Below are positions 57,439 to 64,000 of a stretch of DNA of 64,000 bases, piece after piece. A model generated the notes under the pieces. The model was not told where the DNA came from. It was given only the letters and a program-made list of their open reading frames with translations, and did no database searches. Source of the DNA: Candidatus Latescibacterota bacterium (GTDB lineage Bacteria > Latescibacterota > UBA2968); contig OZ242320.1 in assembly GCA_965208125.1 (NCBI GenBank), positions 4,832,001 to 4,896,000 of the forward strand, read 5' to 3'. A program made the translations under genes and the position numbers. Numbering within the stretch: position 1 is the first letter of the stretch; every line of letters begins with the position of its first letter.

Positions 57439-57508
57439 CGGGTTTCCGCAAGTGATTGGTCTGGTCCCCTCCCACCAGATTGAGCGTCTCGCGGAAGCCC
57501 GCTTTTTT
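57439..57508 (+). terminator. Long hairpin with C-rich loop and U-tract (terminator or small RNA)
   Basis: CGGGTTTCCGC/GCGGAAGCCCG outer stem, TTGGTCTGGT/ACCAGATTGA inner stem, loop CCCCTCCC, then TTTTTT. Confidence 0.6.
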
Positions 57509-57558
57509 GTGGTTGACACATCCATTTTCAGAGCGTTAATTCTCTCCCGCCAAAAGGC

Positions 57559-57587
57559 TTGACAGCCCTGAACTCCGGTTGTATTCT
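57559..57587 (+). promoter_or_regulatory. Putative sigma-70 promoter of the coxMSL-like operon
   Basis: TTGACA-17 nt-TATTCT. Confidence 0.6.
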
Positions 57588-57608
57588 TAACTTCTTAGAA
57601 AAATTCAA

Positions 57609-57642
57609 AAGCATCCGCAGATGGATGGGTAATGAACGCAGA
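57609..57642. repeat. Dispersed intergenic repeat, copy 2
   Basis: AAGCATCCGCAGAT-GGATGGGTA-ATGAACGCAGA, inverted relative to 27309-27343. Confidence 0.6.
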
Positions 57643-57677
57643 CAAAATCTGTGGTTTTAATAAAGAGGAGGAAAATT

Positions 57678-58553
57678 TTGAACGCATTTGATTATGAAGC
57701 ACCCCAGTCTGTAGATGAGGCTATTTCTCTGCTCAGCGAGGGAAATGGCAATGTCGGCATTCTGGCGGGCGGTACGGACTTGATCGCGCAGTTGAAGGAG
57801 GGTCGCAAGATCGATTTGATGCTCGATCTCAAGCGGATCCCCGAAGCAACTGCGTTGAGTTTTGATGAGGACAGCGGTTTGAGTATTGGCGCGGCAACAC
57901 CGTGTTCCCAAATTTACGGTTACGATGTTGTCCAAAGCCGTTATCCCGCGCTTGTAGATTGTACTTCGCTCATCGGTTCTATTCAGATTCAAAATCGCGG
58001 ATCTATTGGGGGCAATTTCTGCAATGCCTCGCCTGCAGCGGACACCCCACCTGCTGTTATTGTTCTGGGTAGCACATGTCGTATTGCGGGGCCAAATGGC
58101 ACGCGTGAAGTAGCCGCAGAAGATTTCTTTACCGGTCCCGGACAAAGTGTTCTTCAATCCGGTGAGTTTCTCATTTCTATTCACGTGCCAACTCCTGCTG
58201 CCAATTCGGGAGCGTTTTTCCTGCGATTTATTCCGCGCAATGAAATGGATATCGCAGTCGCCAATGCTGCGGCATCTGTGGTTTTGGACAGCGAGAAAAC
58301 GACCATTCAAGAGGCGCGGGTGTCAATTGGAGCTGTCGCCCCCACCCCCTTGCTCGTTGCCGATGCGGGCGCAGCACTTGAGGGGAAATCGGTGGATGAT
58401 GAAGACGCTATAGAAGCGGCGTGCGCGGCATCGCGCGCAGCAGCCAGGCCAATTAGCGATATGCGAGGTACTATCGAACAGCGGGTTCACCTGTCCGGCG
58501 TTTTGACGCGCCGCGCCATTCAGGGAGCCATTCAGAGAGCAAAGGAGTCTTAA
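57678..58553 (+). CDS. Mo-hydroxylase FAD subunit (CoxM/CutM-like)
   Basis: LAGGTDL, IGSIQIQNRGSIGGN..NASPAAD, PISDMRG. TTG start after GAGGAGG. Confidence 0.92.
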   Translation: MNAFDYEAPQSVDEAISLLSEGNGNVGILAGGTDLIAQLKEGRKIDLMLDLKRIPEATALSFDEDSGLSIGAATPCSQIYGYDVVQSRYPALVDCTSLIGSIQIQNRGSIGGNFCNASPAADTPPAVIVLGSTCRIAGPNGTREVAAEDFFTGPGQSVLQSGEFLISIHVPTPAANSGAFFLRFIPRNEMDIAVANAAASVVLDSEKTTIQEARVSIGAVAPTPLLVADAGAALEGKSVDDEDAIEAACAASRAAARPISDMRGTIEQRVHLSGVLTRRAIQGAIQRAKES

Positions 58554-58557
58554 TCGC

Positions 58558-59034
58558 ATGCCAGGAAAAGTTCACGTTACAACGACAATTAATGGAGAAT
58601 CGGTCGAGTTTTTGTGCGAACCTCGGCAGACAATTCTCGAAGTTTTGCGGGATCAACTCGATCTTACGGGCACGAAAGAGGGTTGCAGCAATGGCAACTG
58701 CGGCGCGTGTAGCATACTGGTCAATGGAGAGGTTATCGATGCCTGCCTGATGATGGGTGCCGAAGCCGAGGGACAGGAAATTACGACTATCGAAGGTGTT
58801 GCAAGTGCCGATGGTTTGCATCCTCTTCAGCAGAAATTTCTCGAACACGCAGCCCTTCAGTGCGGCATTTGCACACCGGGCTTTATTGTGGCCGCCAAGG
58901 CATTGCTCGATCAAGAGTCTAATCCTTCGGAAGAACGCATTCGGTTATACTTAGCGGGGAATTTGTGCCGTTGTACGGGGTATGACAAAATCGTTCGCGC
59001 GGTGCAAGACGCCGCGTCTGAAATGACCGAATAG
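58558..59034 (+). CDS. Mo-hydroxylase 2Fe-2S subunit (CoxS/CutS-like)
   Basis: GTKEGCSNGNCGAC, QCGIC, GNLCRCTGY. Confidence 0.94.
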   Translation: MPGKVHVTTTINGESVEFLCEPRQTILEVLRDQLDLTGTKEGCSNGNCGACSILVNGEVIDACLMMGAEAEGQEITTIEGVASADGLHPLQQKFLEHAALQCGICTPGFIVAAKALLDQESNPSEERIRLYLAGNLCRCTGYDKIVRAVQDAASEMTE

Positions 59035-59049
59035 GGAGGTGATCCCATA

Positions 59050-61344
59050 ATGGCGACAAAAACAGAAGATTATCTGGGGATTACGGATTACAAAGTTATT
59101 GGCACCAGTCCGATACGGCACGATGGCGTCGATAAAGTCGTCGGTCGAGCAAAATACGGCGCAGATATCGATATGGCGGGTATGTTGCACGGGGCAGTTG
59201 TGCGCAGCCCGCACGCGCATGCACGGATCAAATCGATAGATACGAGCAAGGCAGAAGCGTTTGCAGGTGTAAAAGCCGTGATCACGGTTGAAGACCTGCC
59301 ATTGCAAGAAGACAAAATTGAAGACCTGGGTGAAGGCGCTGCCAATCTCCAGCATCTGCGCGCAAATGTACTGGCCGATGGCAAGGTATTGTACCACGGG
59401 CATGCAGTGGCTGCCGTTGCGGCAACAGATATTCATACGGCGCAAGAAGCTGTCGATTTAATCGATGTCGAATACGAGGTATTGCAACCCGTTCTAACTG
59501 TCCAAGAAGCCATGCAAGAGGACGCGCCTTTGCTTCTGGAAAACCAGACCACTGAGTCGCTGGGCGAAGATACGGGACAAAAAAGCAATGTGTGTACCCA
59601 TTTTCGCCATGAATTGGGCGACGTGGAGAAGGGATTTGCAGAGGCGGAACTCGTCATTGAGCGAGAATTTGATACTGCGACGGTTCACCAGGGGTATATT
59701 GAGCCGCAAAATGCCACAGCCTTGTGGAGTGCCGACGATCAGATCACGGTGTGGTGCAGCACGCAGGGCGCATTTACAGTGCGTGAACAGACCGCGCAGA
59801 TATTGGATGTGCCGGTTTCACAGGTCAAAGTCGTTCCCATGGAAATTGGCGGTGGATTTGGAGGTAAAATTCGGATTTATCTCGAACCTCTGGCCGCGGT
59901 TCTGTCGAGAAAGACGGGACGCCCTGTCAAGATGGTCATGAGCCGCACAGAAGTTTTGCTGGCTACTGGACCAACCGCTGGCTCTTTTATCAAGTGTAAA
60001 ATGGGGGTTGACAAAGCGGGTAAGATCGTCGCTGCATATGCGTATATGGCGTATGAGTCGGGTGGTTTTCCCGGTAGTTGGGCAGCTCCAGGAGCTATGT
60101 GCATTTTCGCGCCCTACAATATTCCCAATGTGTTGATTGACGGGTACGAGGTGCTGGTCAATAAACCGCAGACCATGGCTTATCGGGCACCCGGCGCGAC
60201 CAATGCCGCTTTTGCTTCAGAGACGATTATCGACGAGCTTTGCGAACAATTGGATGTTGATCCACTCGAGTTTCGGCTCAAAAACTCTGCCAGAGAAGGC
60301 ACGCGGCGTGCAGATGGTCCGGTTTATCCGCGAATTGGTAACGAGGAATGTGTCAAAACGGCTCTGTCTTCAGAGCACTACGCGACGCAACTCAGTGGTA
60401 AAAACCGCGGGCGCGGGATTGCGTCGGGTTTCTGGTTCAATGTGGGTTTGAAGTCGAGTGCTGCTGCCAGCGTAAATTCCGATGGCACGGTCAGCCTCGT
60501 CGAAGGTTCTACGGATATTGGCGGAACTCGAACATCTATTGCAATGCAATTGGCCGAAGTACTCGGCATTAGGGCCGAAGATGTCAAGCCACAGGTCGTT
60601 GATACGGATTCTATCGGCGATACAGATGTGACTGGGGGAAGTCGCACGACATTTGCTACAGGGTGGGCGGCCTATCAGTGCGCCCTGGATATCAAGGAGC
60701 AATTGATTGAGCGTGCGGCAAAATTGTGGGAGATCTCGACTGATGATGTGGCTTTTAACGATGGCACATTTTCTTCATCTGATTCTTCTAAAACCATCTC
60801 GTTCAAAGAGTTGGCCGGAATGCTTGACGAAACAGGTGGCCCCGTTATGGGTAGAGCTACCGTAAATCCGTCCGGCGTGGGCGGTGCTTTTGCGGTCATG
60901 ATTGTCGATATTGAGGTCGATACCGAAACGGGTAAAGTGGAGATTTTGCGCGTCTCTATGATCCAAGATGCCGGCAAGGCTGTTTATCCCAGTTATGTCG
61001 AAGGGCAGATGCAAGGGGGCACAGCACAGGGTATTGGCTGGGCACTCAACGAAGAATACGCCTATAATCGGGATGGCCTTTTGACGAATGCGAGTTTGCT
61101 CGATTATCGGATGCCCACATGCCTCGATTTGCCCATGATTGAAGCCCATATCGTCGAAGTACCAAATCCCGGTCATCCCTACGGTGTGCGAGGGGTGGGG
61201 GAAGTGCCGATTGTTCCGCCTGCTGCAGCAATTGCAAATGCGATTTACGATGCTGTGGGCGTGAGAATGACGAATTTGCCCATGTCACCCGGTGAAGTTC
61301 TCAAATCGTTGTGGGCAAAAAATGGGGGAAATGGGACAGGCTGA
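59050..61344 (+). CDS. Xanthine dehydrogenase family molybdopterin subunit (CoxL-like, not a true CODH)
   Basis: RSPHAHARI, GGGFGGK, active-site loop AYRAPG, RGVGE. Confidence 0.92.
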   Translation: MATKTEDYLGITDYKVIGTSPIRHDGVDKVVGRAKYGADIDMAGMLHGAVVRSPHAHARIKSIDTSKAEAFAGVKAVITVEDLPLQEDKIEDLGEGAANLQHLRANVLADGKVLYHGHAVAAVAATDIHTAQEAVDLIDVEYEVLQPVLTVQEAMQEDAPLLLENQTTESLGEDTGQKSNVCTHFRHELGDVEKGFAEAELVIEREFDTATVHQGYIEPQNATALWSADDQITVWCSTQGAFTVREQTAQILDVPVSQVKVVPMEIGGGFGGKIRIYLEPLAAVLSRKTGRPVKMVMSRTEVLLATGPTAGSFIKCKMGVDKAGKIVAAYAYMAYESGGFPGSWAAPGAMCIFAPYNIPNVLIDGYEVLVNKPQTMAYRAPGATNAAFASETIIDELCEQLDVDPLEFRLKNSAREGTRRADGPVYPRIGNEECVKTALSSEHYATQLSGKNRGRGIASGFWFNVGLKSSAAASVNSDGTVSLVEGSTDIGGTRTSIAMQLAEVLGIRAEDVKPQVVDTDSIGDTDVTGGSRTTFATGWAAYQCALDIKEQLIERAAKLWEISTDDVAFNDGTFSSSDSSKTISFKELAGMLDETGGPVMGRATVNPSGVGGAFAVMIVDIEVDTETGKVEILRVSMIQDAGKAVYPSYVEGQMQGGTAQGIGWALNEEYAYNRDGLLTNASLLDYRMPTCLDLPMIEAHIVEVPNPGHPYGVRGVGEVPIVPPAAAIANAIYDAVGVRMTNLPMSPGEVLKSLWAKNGGNGTG

Positions 61345-61394
61345 TTTGTGAGGAATTGAATAGACCGCGATGAATCTAATCCAAAGGGGGTAAC

Positions 61395-61994
61395 ATGAAT
61401 CGAGTGATTTCAATATTAGCTGCCTGGGGACTGGCAGCCCTGATGGTGCTGTGTGTTCCTCAGATGGCCAATGCCCTGGGGGTGGGAGTCAAAGCGGGTG
61501 TGAGTCTGACGCGCGAACAGCAGTTTGACACCTTTTATGGTATGGGTGGACAATTTGACTCTCACCGATGGATGCTCGGAGGCAATCTCGACCTGGGATC
61601 GGTTATGTTGCCAAAATTGCATCTGATGCCGGGCATGGATATCGCGGTACAGGAAAATTTGCGCGTTTATGTTGTCAATATGGATGTCGTTTACTTTTTT
61701 CATCAAACTCCGGTCGGACGGGCCTATGTCGGCGGTGGTTTTGGAACCCACTTCTTTCGCCCCAAAACAGCGTTGGATACCACAGAGCCAGACCCCGCGG
61801 CAGAAGCGTCTGAAGATATCGTCCTTGAGGGCCCGCAAAACGACACCAAAATCAGCGTAAATATCCCATTGGGGTATCGGCGCAAGTTGGGGCCTGCGCT
61901 GTCCTGGTTTGGCGAAATAAAACTCATCATTGCCGACGATGAGAAAGATAGCGCATTGCAATTCACAATTGGTTTTCACTTTGGTAATGAATAG
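61395..61994 (+). CDS. Outer-membrane beta-barrel (OmpA/OmpW-like 8-strand) protein
   Basis: Signal peptide, alternating amphipathic strands, YVGGGFG, C-terminal FTIGFHF. Confidence 0.7.
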   Translation: MNRVISILAAWGLAALMVLCVPQMANALGVGVKAGVSLTREQQFDTFYGMGGQFDSHRWMLGGNLDLGSVMLPKLHLMPGMDIAVQENLRVYVVNMDVVYFFHQTPVGRAYVGGGFGTHFFRPKTALDTTEPDPAAEASEDIVLEGPQNDTKISVNIPLGYRRKLGPALSWFGEIKLIIADDEKDSALQFTIGFHFGNE

Positions 61995-62003
61995 GAAGGA
62001 TTT

Positions 62004-62102
62004 ATGGCGGGTAGTGAACGCAGAAAAGAGCTTCGCCGAAGGCGACAGCGGCGAAAAAAACGCCTTAAAGCACGTCGTCGAGAAGGAAGAAGTGGGAAGT
62101 AA
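62004..62102 (+). CDS. 32-aa Arg/Lys-rich protein (DUF6800-like; not in ORF track)
   Basis: MAGSERRKELRRRRQRRKKRLKARRREGRSGK with GGAAGGA RBS. Confidence 0.6.
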   Translation: MAGSERRKELRRRRQRRKKRLKARRREGRSGK

Positions 62103-62228
62103 GAAACAATAATAGACATGGCGATTAAAAACGAATAGACAATAAGAACCCTTGCCATATATGCGATTTTTTGTACATTAAAGAGAATTATATCAGACCC
62201 GTAGTGTCATTTTACAGGAGGTTTTTCA

Positions 62229-62594
62229 ATGGCTAATCCCAAAGTCGTCGCCTATTTAAAGCCAGTCTGTGGTTGGAGCGGTGGGGTGCGCGCTGTTCTG
62301 GCAAAATATGGATTGGAGTACGAAGACCGCGATATTATTAACAATCCCGACAACTATCGCGAGATGGTTATGAAGAGTGGGCAGCCCTTACAGCCCTGCG
62401 TGCAGGTTGGGGATACGATGCTGGCCGATATCAGCGGTGATGAGTTGGAAGGTTGGTTAATCGCAAATGGGTACCAGCCTGCAGGTCCAGATCCCGCAGT
62501 TCCGACGGATCGTTCCTGTACAGATGAAGAGCATGAGGCAATGGCGCGCGCAGCACAGCAACCGACCATTGCCAACCCTCACTTTGGCCGATAA
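62229..62594 (+). CDS. Monothiol glutaredoxin-like protein
   Basis: CGWS motif, SGQPLQP cis-Pro region. AGGAGG RBS. Confidence 0.85.
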   Translation: MANPKVVAYLKPVCGWSGGVRAVLAKYGLEYEDRDIINNPDNYREMVMKSGQPLQPCVQVGDTMLADISGDELEGWLIANGYQPAGPDPAVPTDRSCTDEEHEAMARAAQQPTIANPHFGR

Positions 62595-62619
62595 ATACAA
62601 GGTATTGGTTTTTACAGCG

Positions 62620-62656
62620 AGGCGATCCTCAAGGTTAAGGGTCGCCTTTTTCTTTT
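62620..62656 (+). terminator. Rho-independent terminator
   Basis: AGGCGATCCT...AGGGTCGCCT followed by TTTTCTTTT. Confidence 0.7.
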
Positions 62657-62707
62657 GCGCGAATAAGAGCCATTTGCAGATACTTTTATATTTAGGTAGT
62701 GCATTCT

Positions 62708-63388
62708 ATGCAGACGCGCGTTCTCGAAAAAGAGATTGCAGGATGTACCCTGTGCAAACGCCTGGTCGAATACTGCCACACCTTTGATCTGGCGGAAAAC
62801 CGCAAAATTGGCGATTGCGATTACTGGGCAAAACCAGTTCCAGGGTTCGGAGATGTCAATGCGCAATTGCTCATTATTGGCCTGGCTCCCGGCGCACACG
62901 GAGCCAATCGCACGGGTAGGCCTTTTACGGGCGATGGTGCTGGCGATGTGCTTTACCGCGCACTCTTCCGGCACGGTTTTGCCAATAGAGAAACAGCGAT
63001 TGATCTCCATGACGGCATGCGCCTGGATAATGTGTATATCACCAATGCCGTAAAGTGTGTTCCGCCTCAAAATCGCCCCAATGCTGAAGAGAAGCGTACC
63101 TGTCTCGACTGGCTGGTGCAGGAGATGACCGTTTTGTCTCGAGTGAAAATCGTTCTGGCGATGGGCAGAGATGCGTTTGATAGTTATATTCGGCTGGAGA
63201 GGGCAGCAGGGCATTTGACGAGGCTGAACGCCTACCGTTTTCAACACGGCGGCGTGTACCAGTTGGACGATAAGATTCTCGTAGCGACTTATCATTTTAG
63301 CCGCTACAATATGAATACAGGTGTTCTGACAGAAGATATGATTGATGTGTTGTTCCAGCGCGTAAGTGCATTGCTGTGTGAAGTGTGA
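62708..63388 (+). CDS. Uracil-DNA glycosylase, family 5 (UdgB-like)
   Basis: CxxC Fe-S ligands, GLAPGAHGANRTGRPFTGD, VKCVPPQN.P, YH.S.YN.NTG. Confidence 0.93.
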   Translation: MQTRVLEKEIAGCTLCKRLVEYCHTFDLAENRKIGDCDYWAKPVPGFGDVNAQLLIIGLAPGAHGANRTGRPFTGDGAGDVLYRALFRHGFANRETAIDLHDGMRLDNVYITNAVKCVPPQNRPNAEEKRTCLDWLVQEMTVLSRVKIVLAMGRDAFDSYIRLERAAGHLTRLNAYRFQHGGVYQLDDKILVATYHFSRYNMNTGVLTEDMIDVLFQRVSALLCEV

Positions 63389-63473
63389 AGGAGGAAGTGT
63401 GAAGGAGGAAATGAGTAGAAGCATCCGCTCTGGGGAGGTGCAGGGTGGCCTTCTTACTTCTAACTTCTCACTT
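63376..63473. repeat. Opposed heptamer repeat tracts between convergent udg and hpt
   Basis: GTGTGAA GTGTGAA GGAGGAA GTGTGAA GGAGGAA (63376-63410) and CTTCTTA CTTCTAA CTTCTCA CTT (63450-63473). Confidence 0.65.
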
Positions 63474-64000
63474 GAGTTCATTCAGTACAGCGATGTAGGG
63501 AAGGTTTCGATAGGCTTGATTGTAGTCGAGACCATAGCCTACTACAAACTGATCCGGAATGGTGAAACCGCAGTGATGAATGGGGACGGGTACGATTCTG
63601 CGGTCTGGTTTGTCCAGGAGGGTGCAGATACCGAGGCTGCGCGGGTTTCTGTCCTTTAATAATGTGAGAAGTGCGGAGATTGTGCGCCCGGTATCGACGA
63701 TATCTTCGACGATGAGTACATGACGGTCGTCAATTTCACGACTGAGGTCTTTTTTGAATGTCACTGTGCCCGAGCTACTTGTACCGACATAACTCGAAAT
63801 CGCAATGAGATCAATTTCAATGGGACAACTTATCGCACGCGAAAGATCGACTAAAAAGTAGAGGGCGCCTGTTAAGATACCCACGAGAATAACACCGTCT
63901 GGATACTGTTCGGAAATTTCGGCACCGAGTTCACGAACGCGGTTTTGGATCGTTTTTTCGTCAATTAATATAGAATCGGGATGAAGGACAAAATCCTGCA
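63468..64000 (-). CDS. hpt: Hypoxanthine phosphoribosyltransferase (start codon cut by the window edge)
   Basis: VLIVEDIVDTGRT PRPP motif, SSY, LLDKP, FVVGYGLDY...RNLPYI. The frame is open to the edge (..QDFVLHPDSILIDEKTIQNRVRELG). Confidence 0.95.
   Translation of the reverse strand, partial: QDFVLHPDSILIDEKTIQNRVRELGAEISEQYPDGVILVGILTGALYFLVDLSRAISCPIEIDLIAISSYVGTSSSGTVTFKKDLSREIDDRHVLIVEDIVDTGRTISALLTLLKDRNPRSLGICTLLDKPDRRIVPVPIHHCGFTIPDQFVVGYGLDYNQAYRNLPYIAVLNELK

Noticed and set aside
57390-57560. Moco/Tuco riboswitch upstream of the Mo-enzyme operon
   Set aside because: The conserved Moco motif blocks were not recognisable, and a separate sigma-70 promoter lies downstream of the hairpin.
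59050-61344. Aerobic carbon monoxide dehydrogenase
   Set aside because: Lacks the AYxCSFR Cu-binding loop, and no coxDEFG accessory genes are adjacent.
62612-63481. 289-aa minus-strand ORF
   Set aside because: Antisense shadow of the well-supported UDG gene, with no motifs.
1-64000. CRISPR array, tRNA/rRNA, IS transposase, integrase or prophage
   Set aside because: No regularly spaced repeats, cloverleaf signatures or corresponding protein motifs were seen by eye.

Overview
A 64 kb, gene-dense bacterial chromosomal window of roughly 50% GC (estimated by eye). It contains no rRNA, tRNA, CRISPR array or transposase that I can see. The gene content suggests an FCB-superphylum heterotroph such as Latescibacterota/Gemmatimonadota; this is an inference from FlgD-Ig/cohesin and dockerin-like secreted proteins, many Gfo/Idh/MocA oxidoreductases, sulfatases, a PhyH dioxygenase and polysaccharide-lyase-like proteins. 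Housekeeping genes are galU, mreB-mreC, asd (under a clear lysine riboswitch with attenuator), hsp20 (under a near-consensus sigma-54 promoter), an rsmC-like methyltransferase, udg and hpt. There are two molybdenum-hydroxylase operons and a divergent phnX / phosphonoacetaldehyde-reductase-like pair. The best candidates for undescribed biology are: (1) an AT-rich defence-like island at 12.0-15.4 kb, made of a DNA methyltransferase fused to a Zn-finger, an EVE/PUA-like PD-(D/E)xK nuclease, an unannotated ~270 nt densely structured RNA with its own terminator, and a VapC toxin with a minimal antitoxin; (2) a five-gene ExbB/ExbD/TonB-like/TPR/PEGA trans-envelope operon; (3) a possible PhnW-independent 2-hydroxyethylphosphonate catabolic module; (4) an AT-rich two-gene Cys-His enzyme cassette; (5) a possible -1 frameshift joining a split cytochrome b. 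Family names were recognised by eye from motifs, not by database search.
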